DNA of 57,321 nt from Candidatus Thorarchaeota archaeon (GCA_004524445.1 SDNP01000020.1:1-57321); one strand, 5' to 3'. Shown: positions 9,145-19,058, counted from the stretch's first letter. Made by a program: numbers and translations. The notes: generated by a model from the sequence alone, not told the origin.

Positions 9145-11334
9145 ATGTCGGAAGATATCGAGAAGCTAAAGGTGGCTGCGGCCATGCCTAAAGACCAAGG
9201 TCGAGGAATAGTACGACTCAACTCGCAAACAAGACGAGCATTAGGGCTTAGATCAGGGGATTATGTCCTCATCAAGGGAGAGAAGGAAACAGTAGCAATA
9301 GCATGGCCCGGATTACAGGAAGATGAAGCAATTGAAATGATTCGGATGGATGGATACGTTCGAGCTAATGCCGGAGCGAAGCTCGGCGAGATGGTTGAGG
9401 TGAGCAAAACATCTCCACAGGAAGGACAGAGAGTTGTCCTGGCGCCCAGTCAACCAGTAAGATTTCAACCTGGATTTGAGCAGTACATAAAGCGACAGCT
9501 ATTGAACAAGCCCCTCACAAGAGGCGACACACTAGTTATTTCCTCAATAGGACAAGGTCTGAAGTTCACGGTTGCGCAGACGAATCCAGCTAAGCATGTA
9601 CGGGTTTCTCCTAGCACAAATCTTGAAATGATGAGCCGACCGATGAAACCGGAAGAAATGGCCGTTCCCCAGGTCACGTATGAGGACATTGGAGGTTTAA
9701 ATAAGGAAATTCAGAAGATTCGCGAAATGATTGAGCTCCCTATGAAATCCCCCGAGCTGTTCAAGCGACTAGGGATAGAGCCACCCAAAGGTGTGTTACT
9801 TCATGGGCCACCTGGAACTGGGAAGACTCTCATCGCAAAAGCTGTTGCAAACGAATCCGGAGCAAATTTCAAGGTCATAAATGGTCCTGAAATAATGTCA
9901 AAATTCTACGGTGAGTCTGAAAGCAAACTCAGAGAAACTTTTGAGGAAGCGGAAAAGAATGCACCTAGTATCATCTTCATTGACGAACTAGATAGCATTG
10001 CTCCCAAAAGAGCTGAAGTAACGGGTGAAGTTGAGCGACGGGTTGTAGCTCAGCTGCTTGCACTGATGGATGGTTTGGCCGGTAGAGGTCAGGTTATTGT
10101 TATCGGTGCTACAAATCGAGTTGATGATGTTGATGAAGCTCTGAGACGCCCCGGCAGATTTGATCGTGAGATCGTTATCGGAGTGCCAGACAAAAAAGGA
10201 CGATTGGAAATTCTGCAGATTCATACTCGTGCGATGCCGTTGGAAGAGGACTTGGATCTCGAGAAACTCGCTGCCACGACACATGGTTTTGTGGGTGCTG
10301 ATTTGGCATCACTTGCTCGGGAGGCCGCTATGCAGGCATTAAGAAGAGCGTTGCCTCATGTGGATCCTGAAACTGGTGATATACCTCCAGAAGTCCTCAA
10401 TGATTTGTTTGTCACTCAAGAAGACTTTGATGTGGCCATGAATGATGTATCTCCTTCAGCACTTCGTGAAGTGTTTGTGGAGAAACCTAATGTCCATTGG
10501 GATGATGTAGGTGGTTTACATAAAGTTAAGAGTCAGCTCCGAGAAGCTGTTGAGGCACCATTGAAGCATCCTGAAGTCTTCCAAGAAATGGGAATTCGTG
10601 CACCTAAGGGTGTTCTCTTGTTCGGGCCTCCTGGCACAGGCAAGACCCTATTGGCAAAGGCGGTTGCAACCGAGAGCGAAGCAAACTTCATCTCGATTCG
10701 TGGGCCCGAGATATTCAATAAATATGTTGGAGAATCTGAAAAGGCTGTCCGGGAGATTTTCAAGAAGGCTCGACAGACTGCACCTTGTGTGCTATTCTTC
10801 GATGAGATAGATGCTGTGATGAGCAGACGAGGCATGAGTGATAACACGGGCGTGACTCAAAGAATAGTCAATCAGTTTCTTGCTGAACTTGACGGTATGC
10901 AAACTCTGCAAAACGTGCTTGTCATCGGGGCTACTAACCGAGCTGATATTCTTGATCCTGCGGTATTACGACCAGGGCGATTTGATGGAGTAGTTTTCGT
11001 GCCCGCCCCTGATACAGATGCCAGGCTCGAGATTTTCAAGGTACATACAAGAGAAATGCCTTTGGCGGATGACGTTAATCTTGAAGAATTGGCAAAGAAA
11101 ACCGATGGCTACTCTGGTGCTGATATCGAAGGAGTCTGCAGAGAGGCTGCTATGGCAGCAGTGCGTGACGACTGGCAGTCGAAACCTGTGGAAATGAAGC
11201 ATTTTGAGAGTGCATTGAAAGAGATTCGCCCAAGTATTTCAGACGAGGACGAGAATCGTTACAAGAATCAAGCCGAGCAAATACTTAGAAGAAACACCGG
11301 CGGTAAAACCGAACCACTTTCCGGTTACGTCTAA
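9145..11334 (+). CDS. cdc48: AAA+ ATPase Cdc48/VCP/p97 family
   Basis: N domain plus two AAA modules (GPPGTGKT twice, DELDS/DEIDA, RPGRFD twice). Confidence 0.97.
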   Translation: MSEDIEKLKVAAAMPKDQGRGIVRLNSQTRRALGLRSGDYVLIKGEKETVAIAWPGLQEDEAIEMIRMDGYVRANAGAKLGEMVEVSKTSPQEGQRVVLAPSQPVRFQPGFEQYIKRQLLNKPLTRGDTLVISSIGQGLKFTVAQTNPAKHVRVSPSTNLEMMSRPMKPEEMAVPQVTYEDIGGLNKEIQKIREMIELPMKSPELFKRLGIEPPKGVLLHGPPGTGKTLIAKAVANESGANFKVINGPEIMSKFYGESESKLRETFEEAEKNAPSIIFIDELDSIAPKRAEVTGEVERRVVAQLLALMDGLAGRGQVIVIGATNRVDDVDEALRRPGRFDREIVIGVPDKKGRLEILQIHTRAMPLEEDLDLEKLAATTHGFVGADLASLAREAAMQALRRALPHVDPETGDIPPEVLNDLFVTQEDFDVAMNDVSPSALREVFVEKPNVHWDDVGGLHKVKSQLREAVEAPLKHPEVFQEMGIRAPKGVLLFGPPGTGKTLLAKAVATESEANFISIRGPEIFNKYVGESEKAVREIFKKARQTAPCVLFFDEIDAVMSRRGMSDNTGVTQRIVNQFLAELDGMQTLQNVLVIGATNRADILDPAVLRPGRFDGVVFVPAPDTDARLEIFKVHTREMPLADDVNLEELAKKTDGYSGADIEGVCREAAMAAVRDDWQSKPVEMKHFESALKEIRPSISDEDENRYKNQAEQILRRNTGGKTEPLSGYV

Positions 11335-11433
11335 TCCTACATATTTAGAGTAGGGCTCATCTAGCATATGCCTATAAAGGTGAGTCACATCGGCCCTTCA
11401 GAGGTTGAAATATGCCTCTAGGGGTCACTCTGA

Positions 11434-13938
11434 ATGAAAGAACACTGGATTCTAAACATATGCCCCTTCTTGCATTTTGACAATGCCCGGATCAATACAT
11501 ATGAGCATAATGTCAGTATTGCTGCTTGGAACATAAAGAGCATCATTGACTATTTAGAAGTCAATTCCTCTCATAAATTTAGCATCGGACAAGTCACTCT
11601 CCTAGAAGGTTTCAAGAGGCTTTTTCCAAATTATTGGGATCAGCTGCATCAGAGCATTCTTGAAGGAAGAGTAGAGATTGTTGGTGGCACATATGTGTCG
11701 CCTGATTTTATCATACCCGATGGCGAATCTATCATTCGGCAATTTCAATATGGAATGAGGTTTTTCAAAGAAGAACTTGGAATCACTGTAAAAACAGGTT
11801 GGGCTTTGGATTCATATGGTCATAATGCACAGTTACCCCAAATTCTACGCCAATGTGGATTGGAGTCATACTATTTCTATCGTGGAATGCCATTCCAAGC
11901 ACCAAGTGAATTCGTATGGAAAGGGCCGGATGGTAGTAGAATAGATACAATCTGGTTAATGCAAAATTTCGATTCGGCTGAATGGCTCTCTGAGAATACA
12001 TTTGAGGCCTTCACTGTACTCATGGATTTAGCCGAGAAAAAGAAAAAGGCATCCGTTTCAAATAACCTATTTCTTCCAGTTGGAGGTGTACTAGTACCAC
12101 CGCTGCCGCATCTTGCTGATATTATCAAGAAGTGGAATGAAACATTTCTAGATATGCGGTCAGTAATCCTCACTCCGCTGGAATTCTCAGAGAAGCTAAA
12201 AATCTCTCGTGCTCGTAATCCGGTAATCTCAGGCGAATTGAATAGCGGGCGATTCTCAACAATTGCAAGTGGAGGCCTCAGTAGCAGAGTAAGTCTGAAA
12301 ATGAAGAACCGAGAGCTCGAAACTCTTCTTTATCTCACTGAGTTGTTCTTAGGCTTCGCAGGCGATTCTTCAAAACAAAACGAACTCGATAACATATGGA
12401 AGATGCTACTGTTCAATCAGGACCACAATATCATCCGTGGAATATGTGCCGACACACCTGCCAAACTGGCTGAAAAGAGGTTTGATTTAGCTATTAGCAC
12501 CGCAAATGAGCTACTTGAGAAGACCGTGGCAACCCTAGCATCGGATATGAGTGTTGATAGTGCGGTCTCCGGCATGGTTGTATTCAATCCCGTTTCATGG
12601 GGAAGAAGTGACCTCGTTATCGTCCCAGTGGATGGAAAACTAGCTGACACAGGAAAACTGGAGGTCAGAGACCACGAAAATGTTCCAATTCCACATCAAC
12701 TGCTTAATGCAGCCACAGAGGGCGAATCTCCTCAGATTGCATTTATTGCCAGAGATATGCCTCCTCTTGGTTACCGACTTTTTAGAATAGTTGAAACTGA
12801 ACAAGTTCCTAGTTACAAGAGTAAGATTCAGTTCGACAAGTATTGGATTGAATCAGATAGGTTTCTCCTTGAATTTGATGACTTCAATGGTAGCCTCATT
12901 CGGTTTAGAGATAAGAAGTTCCAATATGAGTTTCTTAGAGATGTGGGTAGTTCCATTGTGTTTGAGAGCGACTTGGGAGATTTGTATCGGTCGTCTAGGT
13001 CTGAACTTTCAAGCGAGTGCAGCGAATTCAATACGGCACGGAATACTGCAACTATGAAAGTAATCGAATCTGGTCCGGTCTTAGTTCGAATTGAAGTTGA
13101 GCAGAGTATCGAGGGAACCCAAGTGACTCAGCATTATACTTGCTATGACGGGATAAAGAGAATAGATGTTCAAGTCGAACTGGACTCGAAAGTACGGAAC
13201 AGGAGAGTCCGTGCAGTTTACCCATTGAATATCTTTTCTGATTCGGTGATTGCTGGCTCGCAATTTTTGGCAAGAGATGTGAAAGTAGAACGTGACATGA
13301 CTGGATATATTGAAGCCAGTAGGGCAATTTCAGCCTTGGATTGGCTGTCGTGCACGGGACCTGATGCTAGCATGATTCTATCTGCAATAGGCCTCCACGA
13401 GTTTGAATATCTTGATGGGGATCTAATGTGCACTCTCTTCAGAAGTGTTGACCAACTATCCCGGGGAATTGATGATGATTCCATCCGCACTAAACAATCC
13501 CTGGAGCTAGGCAAACATCTATTCAGTCTCTCATTAATCCCTCATGGTTCTGATATTGGCAAGTCCATAATTCTCCAATCAGCTGCTGAACATAGGCTTG
13601 CACTTCTCACATTCCCAGTAAAACTAGGCGAAACTCAAGAAATGGAACGGAGCATATTGAGTATAGAGGGTGCAAACATGATGGTTTCATGCTACAAGCC
13701 TGGTACTCAGAATGATGAAGTCATCCTACGTTTATTCGAAACAGAGGGTAGAACAGAAAAGGCCAAGATTACCCTTTGTCGCGAGATAGAAGAAGCTGCA
13801 CTTGTTGACTTATTGGAAAGAGATATTGGGCAGTTGCCTGTTGATGGAAAATCCGTTTCACTTACTACTGACCCCTTCGGAATTGTAACAATGCGGATTA
13901 CATACTGTAAACAAGCTAGCAACGTACAGCCACAATAG
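11434..13938 (+). CDS. Glycoside hydrolase family 38 (alpha-mannosidase-like), degenerate motifs
   Basis: HFD, VGGTYVSPD...DGESIIRQF, WALDSYGH, WKGPDGS, VFNP, LRLFETEG. Confidence 0.88.
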   Translation: MKEHWILNICPFLHFDNARINTYEHNVSIAAWNIKSIIDYLEVNSSHKFSIGQVTLLEGFKRLFPNYWDQLHQSILEGRVEIVGGTYVSPDFIIPDGESIIRQFQYGMRFFKEELGITVKTGWALDSYGHNAQLPQILRQCGLESYYFYRGMPFQAPSEFVWKGPDGSRIDTIWLMQNFDSAEWLSENTFEAFTVLMDLAEKKKKASVSNNLFLPVGGVLVPPLPHLADIIKKWNETFLDMRSVILTPLEFSEKLKISRARNPVISGELNSGRFSTIASGGLSSRVSLKMKNRELETLLYLTELFLGFAGDSSKQNELDNIWKMLLFNQDHNIIRGICADTPAKLAEKRFDLAISTANELLEKTVATLASDMSVDSAVSGMVVFNPVSWGRSDLVIVPVDGKLADTGKLEVRDHENVPIPHQLLNAATEGESPQIAFIARDMPPLGYRLFRIVETEQVPSYKSKIQFDKYWIESDRFLLEFDDFNGSLIRFRDKKFQYEFLRDVGSSIVFESDLGDLYRSSRSELSSECSEFNTARNTATMKVIESGPVLVRIEVEQSIEGTQVTQHYTCYDGIKRIDVQVELDSKVRNRRVRAVYPLNIFSDSVIAGSQFLARDVKVERDMTGYIEASRAISALDWLSCTGPDASMILSAIGLHEFEYLDGDLMCTLFRSVDQLSRGIDDDSIRTKQSLELGKHLFSLSLIPHGSDIGKSIILQSAAEHRLALLTFPVKLGETQEMERSILSIEGANMMVSCYKPGTQNDEVILRLFETEGRTEKAKITLCREIEEAALVDLLERDIGQLPVDGKSVSLTTDPFGIVTMRITYCKQASNVQPQ

Positions 13939-13986
13939 CCTTTTGAAGCTGTAATTGATAGCTCATAAGAAATCCGAGGATTTACA

Positions 13987-14880
13987 ATGAGCGGTTTCTA
14001 TCCAATTTCTCCACTTGTGGGTCTTACAAACACTAGCTATGCCGCCCAAGCGGGAGTAATGAATGAGAAATGGGCATGTAGAGTTGTTCGAGGCAAAAAG
14101 ATTCTGGCTGAGAAGACTATGCCTGACCTGAATCTGGAGAATTTCGTAGGTATTATCTATGGGCATATTCGTGTTGAAGGCCTAAGTCGTCACTCTGTGG
14201 CTATGTGCGCGGGTCGGCTCATGCAGTTTGCCAGGAGATATCAACAATCTGGTGTTGCACCCGATTTTGAAGTAGCGGGCCTAATACGGCAAGACGGAAC
14301 CAAAACGGGCGTGGAAGCGCCCGTCTCAGAATCAACACACGAGCGACAGTCTGAAACTCCTGATGTTTCCACGGAAACTCCGGAACCCTCTGAACTTCCT
14401 AGTTCACAGAGAATAACTGAAATACCAACACTATCCCCGCTTAATCCGAAAGAAACTTGGAATCGGCTATCAACCGCATTTGGGATTCTCCTTGCTGAAA
14501 TTGCCACATATGGAGCTACACTTCCAGAAGGTCATCTTGATGCAATGTTTGAGAGGGCTGCAAACCGAGAAATCGCGACCTGGACTGATGCAGAAAATCC
14601 CGCATCAGTTGTCACTAGTTTCTGTGAAATGATGTATTCATGTTCAGAAGAAAGCCAATTTCCTCTAACTGGAGCTGATACATTGACAATCGAGGTTTCC
14701 GGGTGCAAATTACTGCAGACAGGAAGGGAAATTGGGTCGAATTACGAATCATATCCTGTTGGTTATCCATGTCAATATCATGAGAAAATTGCAGAGAAGA
14801 TTGCTGAGATTACTGGACTAAATATCTCTGTAAATACCTCCTCAACTGGATGTGTCGTCCAGATTGAACTTGGCAACTGA
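13987..14880 (+). CDS. Two-domain protein with C-terminal V4R/Bet3-like Cys-containing domain
   Basis: Globular N-domain, S/T/E/P linker, then LTIEVSGC...PCQY...GCVVQIEL, a Cys spacing typical of V4R folds. Confidence 0.55.
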   Translation: MSGFYPISPLVGLTNTSYAAQAGVMNEKWACRVVRGKKILAEKTMPDLNLENFVGIIYGHIRVEGLSRHSVAMCAGRLMQFARRYQQSGVAPDFEVAGLIRQDGTKTGVEAPVSESTHERQSETPDVSTETPEPSELPSSQRITEIPTLSPLNPKETWNRLSTAFGILLAEIATYGATLPEGHLDAMFERAANREIATWTDAENPASVVTSFCEMMYSCSEESQFPLTGADTLTIEVSGCKLLQTGREIGSNYESYPVGYPCQYHEKIAEKIAEITGLNISVNTSSTGCVVQIELGN

Positions 14881-15026
14881 ATGATATTTCTCCATAACTC
14901 AAGGTCTGGTATGATTCAGTCATTCTCAATGATTAATCTACAAAGGCAATAATCTTAAATCTCAACTCTAATTCAACTAGAAGCTGAAAGAGACTGCGTG
15001 GAATGCGTCTCTTGGGAGAATCAAAC

Positions 15027-15302
15027 ATGTCATACCTTACTTGGCGAGAATACGTCCGCTCTGGGCCTGTATGTCTGGGTGCGATTTTAGTTATTGCTGG
15101 AGCCGTCTGGGCATTACTTCCTACCATGGGAATAACTGTTGTGCCCGATTACGATACGATAATTGGCGCTGCTGTCGCTGTGGTTGGGCTAATCCTAATT
15201 CTAATTGGCTTTTTCATGACAACGAAGAAAAGGGATTCAGTACTCAGGCCAGTGGATACTAGACAGGAAGATGTTCCACCCCCACCTCCACCACCAGACT
15301 AA
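15027..15302 (+). CDS. Small two-TM membrane protein with C-terminal heptaproline
   Basis: Two hydrophobic helices, basic stop-transfer KKR, ends DVPPPPPPPD. Confidence 0.75.
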   Translation: MSYLTWREYVRSGPVCLGAILVIAGAVWALLPTMGITVVPDYDTIIGAAVAVVGLILILIGFFMTTKKRDSVLRPVDTRQEDVPPPPPPPD

Positions 15303-15362
15303 ACTGTATACTACCAATTCAATATGCGTTAAGCCCCTCATGAAGGATTCTTGACTTTTGGG

Positions 15363-15382
15363 AGGGGCAAATCGCCCTTTTT
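15363..15382 (+). terminator. Hairpin plus T-tract (terminator-like)
   Basis: AGGGGC-AAATC-GCCCTT followed by Ts. Confidence 0.45.
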
Positions 15383-15487
15383 CTGACTGCTGGAACCCTG
15401 TTATTTTGCGGGTGTTTCATCCGCCAAATGCTAATATGTAATCGTGTTTTTCAAAATACCCAACAGACTAGGGATGGGACTGGTCAA

Positions 15488-15778
15488 ATGACAACACTAG
15501 AATATAAAGACAGCAAATTTCATGAAACATCGAATGAGCCGATGTCAGGTATTAGCCTGAAGGTAGATGATCAAGCTAAGAAGTTGATTCTTACGATTCC
15601 CAATGATGCAAGCATGATTCAGCGTCGTGCTGCTGAGAGAAACGCTAGGGGTATCCAAAAGACAGGCTATATGACGAAAAAGGGCGCCAGTATTGGAAGA
15701 GGATTTGAGCTAGTTATCGAGGGCACCGGTGGCGGTCTCCCTGATAGACTCAAGCAATCTCCGAGAGAAGTCTACTAG
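15488..15778 (+). CDS. Small protein, divergent single gelsolin-like domain
   Basis: LKVDDQAKKLILTIPNDASMIQRRAAERNARGI aligns by eye with VVDDETKSIYLWKGRQAGIRKKFIGARVATNL of the gelsolin at 22460-23374. Confidence 0.5.
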   Translation: MTTLEYKDSKFHETSNEPMSGISLKVDDQAKKLILTIPNDASMIQRRAAERNARGIQKTGYMTKKGASIGRGFELVIEGTGGGLPDRLKQSPREVY

Positions 15779-15864
15779 AGAGTATTGTGACGTCGTTTCG
15801 CCTATTACACTGGAGCCACAATCCTGATAATGTAGAAGAACAATGCTGACTAGAAGGAGTAGAT

Positions 15865-17628
15865 TTGTCAATGTCAGAGAGAGACGTCCGCAGAATGATT
15901 GAAGAGGCCACCAAAGAAGCCATGAAGCAGTCTTTTACTGAGGCCGGACAAAAATACGTTGCGGCAGCACAAGCGTATGATGAAGAGGGAAAATTCGAGG
16001 AAGCTGATGATCTTCGAAGACAGGCAGCCGAAAATTTCGTCAAGGCTGCTGAAAAATACAGGTCATCAAAGAGCTTCAAAATTGCAGCTCTGAATATGTG
16101 CTATGCTGGAGATGTCTATTCTGAATTGGCTTCTACCGACAAAGCTCTTTCCACATACGAAAAAGCGGCAGAGGACCTCTATTCAGCTTCATCGGAACAC
16201 CTAATGTGGGGGGAGGATGCAGAAACCAAGAAAGGTACTGCGTTGGCAATGGCGGCAAGCATGCTCTATCTTATGATTGGTGAGCAAGAGAAGGCCTTCC
16301 AGAGCTCTCGACGATTTGCAGCTGAGCACGGATCAAAATTGAGATTTCCTGGCGTTGTAAGACTTAGTCAGATTCCTCAGATGATAGAGGCTGCAATTAA
16401 TTCGGTTGATTTGGATGCTTTCTCAGACGCAGAACGTGCTGCAGTCACTGAACTGAAGGCGGCACTTGCAAGTGCAAACGCCTCTGAGTTCGCTCCCTAT
16501 GTCGATAAAGGCATTGAAATGGTTCGCGAGATTCTTCGAGGAAAATTAAAAGTACCAAAAATCTCTGCTCATCTGGATTTGCCCATCGATATGACATTCA
16601 CAGAAGAGTTACTGCTCCAAGCTAATATCGTGAATAATGGGGATGGCAATGCGTTAGATCTCTCCATTGAATGGTTCTTAGATGATGGGCTCGATATCGT
16701 GTCTGGCAAAAAGATGATGAAGCTAGGAACCTTGAAGGCAGGAGATGGAATATCTCTGGAATTGCATGTTCGTGCGACTGATGAGCTAATAGGAGTTAAG
16801 GAATATTCTATCATTTTACGTGGTTCTTACAAAGACAAACTAAACACCGAATACTCCCTACAAGCAGGTCCCGGGACATTGGTCCTCAAAGATTTCAAAG
16901 AAACCGAGAAGTTATTGCATGACATTGACCTGACAGAAGGACGGCTGGGTATCCTTTCCACGTCCCTCGAAGAATCACCTTTTGAACAAGAACCTCTTTC
17001 CCGTCTGATTATGCAAACCTCCAGAAGCTTGGCTGGCGCTCGAGAGGATGTGATGGAAAAGGAGTTGCCAATTGCCAAGGCAAAAATCGCAGTTGTAAAC
17101 ACATTAGTGGACACGATTGACCAAATCATTGCTGATGAAGAGCTGTCCCGCAATATAATTGAAAGACGAGAAGCTGAAAAGAGAAACCATGCGAAGTCTG
17201 AGATTCAACTACTGCATGGTAAGATAGAGTCGGTTATTGAAAAACATCACGACTCAATTCTGACTAAATCTGAAAGGTTTTTTGAGCAATGGGACAAGGG
17301 AGTGGAAGAGAGGAAAGAAGTTTCCAACAAGCTAGAACAATTGGTGGGCCATGCATCAGAAATTATGCGCGAACTCGATGAAATTTATGATAATCTCCCA
17401 ACCGCTGGTTCCACTGATGATCCCCAACTAGCTAAAGAAAGGACGAAAATACGCAATCTACTAAATTCTGCCAAATCTGATTTGTCTGCTCTCCAGAATC
17501 AGCTAGAAAATCTCAGAATCCATTCAGCTTTGGAAGCAGGGGAGCGCCCCAGTACTGCACCCAGTACAGAGCTGGCTCTCAATACTCTACGCGCATTGAG
17601 GGATGAGATTGAAAGGCTGTTAGCATAG
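15865..17628 (+). CDS. SNAP/TPR-like solenoid + Ig-like (CARDB-type) domain + coiled coil
   Basis: EAGQKYVAAA/AAENFVKAAE/ALSTYEKAAE repeats; IVNNGDGNA...LKAGDG Ig motif; long C-terminal heptads. Confidence 0.65.
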   Translation: MSMSERDVRRMIEEATKEAMKQSFTEAGQKYVAAAQAYDEEGKFEEADDLRRQAAENFVKAAEKYRSSKSFKIAALNMCYAGDVYSELASTDKALSTYEKAAEDLYSASSEHLMWGEDAETKKGTALAMAASMLYLMIGEQEKAFQSSRRFAAEHGSKLRFPGVVRLSQIPQMIEAAINSVDLDAFSDAERAAVTELKAALASANASEFAPYVDKGIEMVREILRGKLKVPKISAHLDLPIDMTFTEELLLQANIVNNGDGNALDLSIEWFLDDGLDIVSGKKMMKLGTLKAGDGISLELHVRATDELIGVKEYSIILRGSYKDKLNTEYSLQAGPGTLVLKDFKETEKLLHDIDLTEGRLGILSTSLEESPFEQEPLSRLIMQTSRSLAGAREDVMEKELPIAKAKIAVVNTLVDTIDQIIADEELSRNIIERREAEKRNHAKSEIQLLHGKIESVIEKHHDSILTKSERFFEQWDKGVEERKEVSNKLEQLVGHASEIMRELDEIYDNLPTAGSTDDPQLAKERTKIRNLLNSAKSDLSALQNQLENLRIHSALEAGERPSTAPSTELALNTLRALRDEIERLLA

Positions 17629-17645
17629 AACGGATTCAGGAGTCC

Positions 17646-18851
17646 CTATTTCTTATGCTTGGTCATGAAGTCTTCCAATCTATCCATTGCATTCTCTATC
17701 ATTTCTGGTGGGGGTAGAAATACGCTTCTGAAATGTGCAGCTCCATATGTCTTGCAAAACCCAGAACCGGGAACAAAAACAACACCTGTTGAGTTCAAGA
17801 CATCGAGAACAAATTCCTTGTCACTGTTCCAGCGGTCCTTCAGTTCGATCCTTGGCATTATGTAAAACGCTGCTTGAGGCAGGCGAGTAGAAATGGAATC
17901 AATTTCGTTCAGCCGTTTATAGATGAGGTCCCTTCTTTCTCGTAGTCTTGACATCATCTCTGGAATATGTGAACCGTCGCTTCGAAGGGCGGCTGCTGCC
18001 GCGAATTGAGTGGGTGCATTGGTGCAAATCCTTACACGAGCTTGGCGAACCATTGCATCGCGAAGTAGTTCAAGCTCATTATCCTCGTCGTGGAAATATG
18101 CATAGCCAACTCTCCAACCTGGAGCAAGGTAGACTTTAGATATACCATTGAAACCCACAACAGGTACATCCCCTGCAGCTTTGACCATAGGTGTCTGGGG
18201 TGTATCATATGTTAGCTGATCGTAGATCTCATCGCTAATCAATGGCAACTCATATTCGCCAGCTATGTTTGCAATCTCAGTAAGTGTCTTCTTGTCGTAG
18301 ACTGCCCCGGTTGGATTGTTTGGATTTATCACCAGAATGCCTCGGGTCTTTCCGTTTATCTTACTGCGGATATCATCTGTATCGGGGATCCAGTCATTCT
18401 CTTCATCTGTCCGATAAGTGATAGGCTCTCCCCCAAAAAAGGACACATACGAAATATACGGGGGATATGCTGGCCCTGGTACAAGGAATTCTGATCCCGG
18501 TTCAACTAGCGACCCCATAAGAAACTGAATGGCCTCAGAAACGCCAGATGTGACAATAATTCTGTCTGGATTGACATCAATTCCATTCACACGCTTCTCT
18601 TTATCTGCAGCGGCTCTCTTGACCTCATCTTCTCCTTCCGATGGAGCATATCCGTTGTTTCTATCTTTTGTGGCCTCACACAGAGCATCTTTCATGAACC
18701 TTGGGGTTTCCCAATCATACTTGTTTGGGTCTCCAATATTGAGATAGAGTGGCTCTTTGTTTTCTCTCTTTTGATACTGTTTTGCTGCAACGACAATATC
18801 ACGAATTGCATATTCCAAATTTGCTGCTCGAGGAGTGATTCGCAGTTTCAT
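17646..18851 (-). CDS. PLP aminotransferase class I/II (alanine aminotransferase-like)
   Basis: YAIRD, LNIGDP, INPNNPTG, SDEIYD, GISKVYLAPGWRVG; start at MKLRIT. Confidence 0.92.
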   Translation of the reverse strand: MKLRITPRAANLEYAIRDIVVAAKQYQKRENKEPLYLNIGDPNKYDWETPRFMKDALCEATKDRNNGYAPSEGEDEVKRAAADKEKRVNGIDVNPDRIIVTSGVSEAIQFLMGSLVEPGSEFLVPGPAYPPYISYVSFFGGEPITYRTDEENDWIPDTDDIRSKINGKTRGILVINPNNPTGAVYDKKTLTEIANIAGEYELPLISDEIYDQLTYDTPQTPMVKAAGDVPVVGFNGISKVYLAPGWRVGYAYFHDEDNELELLRDAMVRQARVRICTNAPTQFAAAAALRSDGSHIPEMMSRLRERRDLIYKRLNEIDSISTRLPQAAFYIMPRIELKDRWNSDKEFVLDVLNSTGVVFVPGSGFCKTYGAAHFRSVFLPPPEMIENAMDRLEDFMTKHKK

Positions 18852-19058
18852 ATTAACCCCATACTGCTGCAATCGGTATACCGTATATTGTTTACTGTTT
18901 GACACCCCAGTGTTGGGGCGTGTACGAATTATCACAGAGCACAAATTTCTCTTGTATTCGTTGGAACTAAGGCCCGGTTCATCAAAAAGGATTTATTTGC
19001 ACCAAACTGGTTTATATTGATGGAATGAATATTATATCAACACCTTGAGGAGTCACCG

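Noticed and set aside
15333-15386. SECIS or C/D-box sRNA reading of the intergenic hairpin
   Set aside because: The upper helix is too short for a SECIS, there is no upstream selenoprotein, and box C is non-canonical
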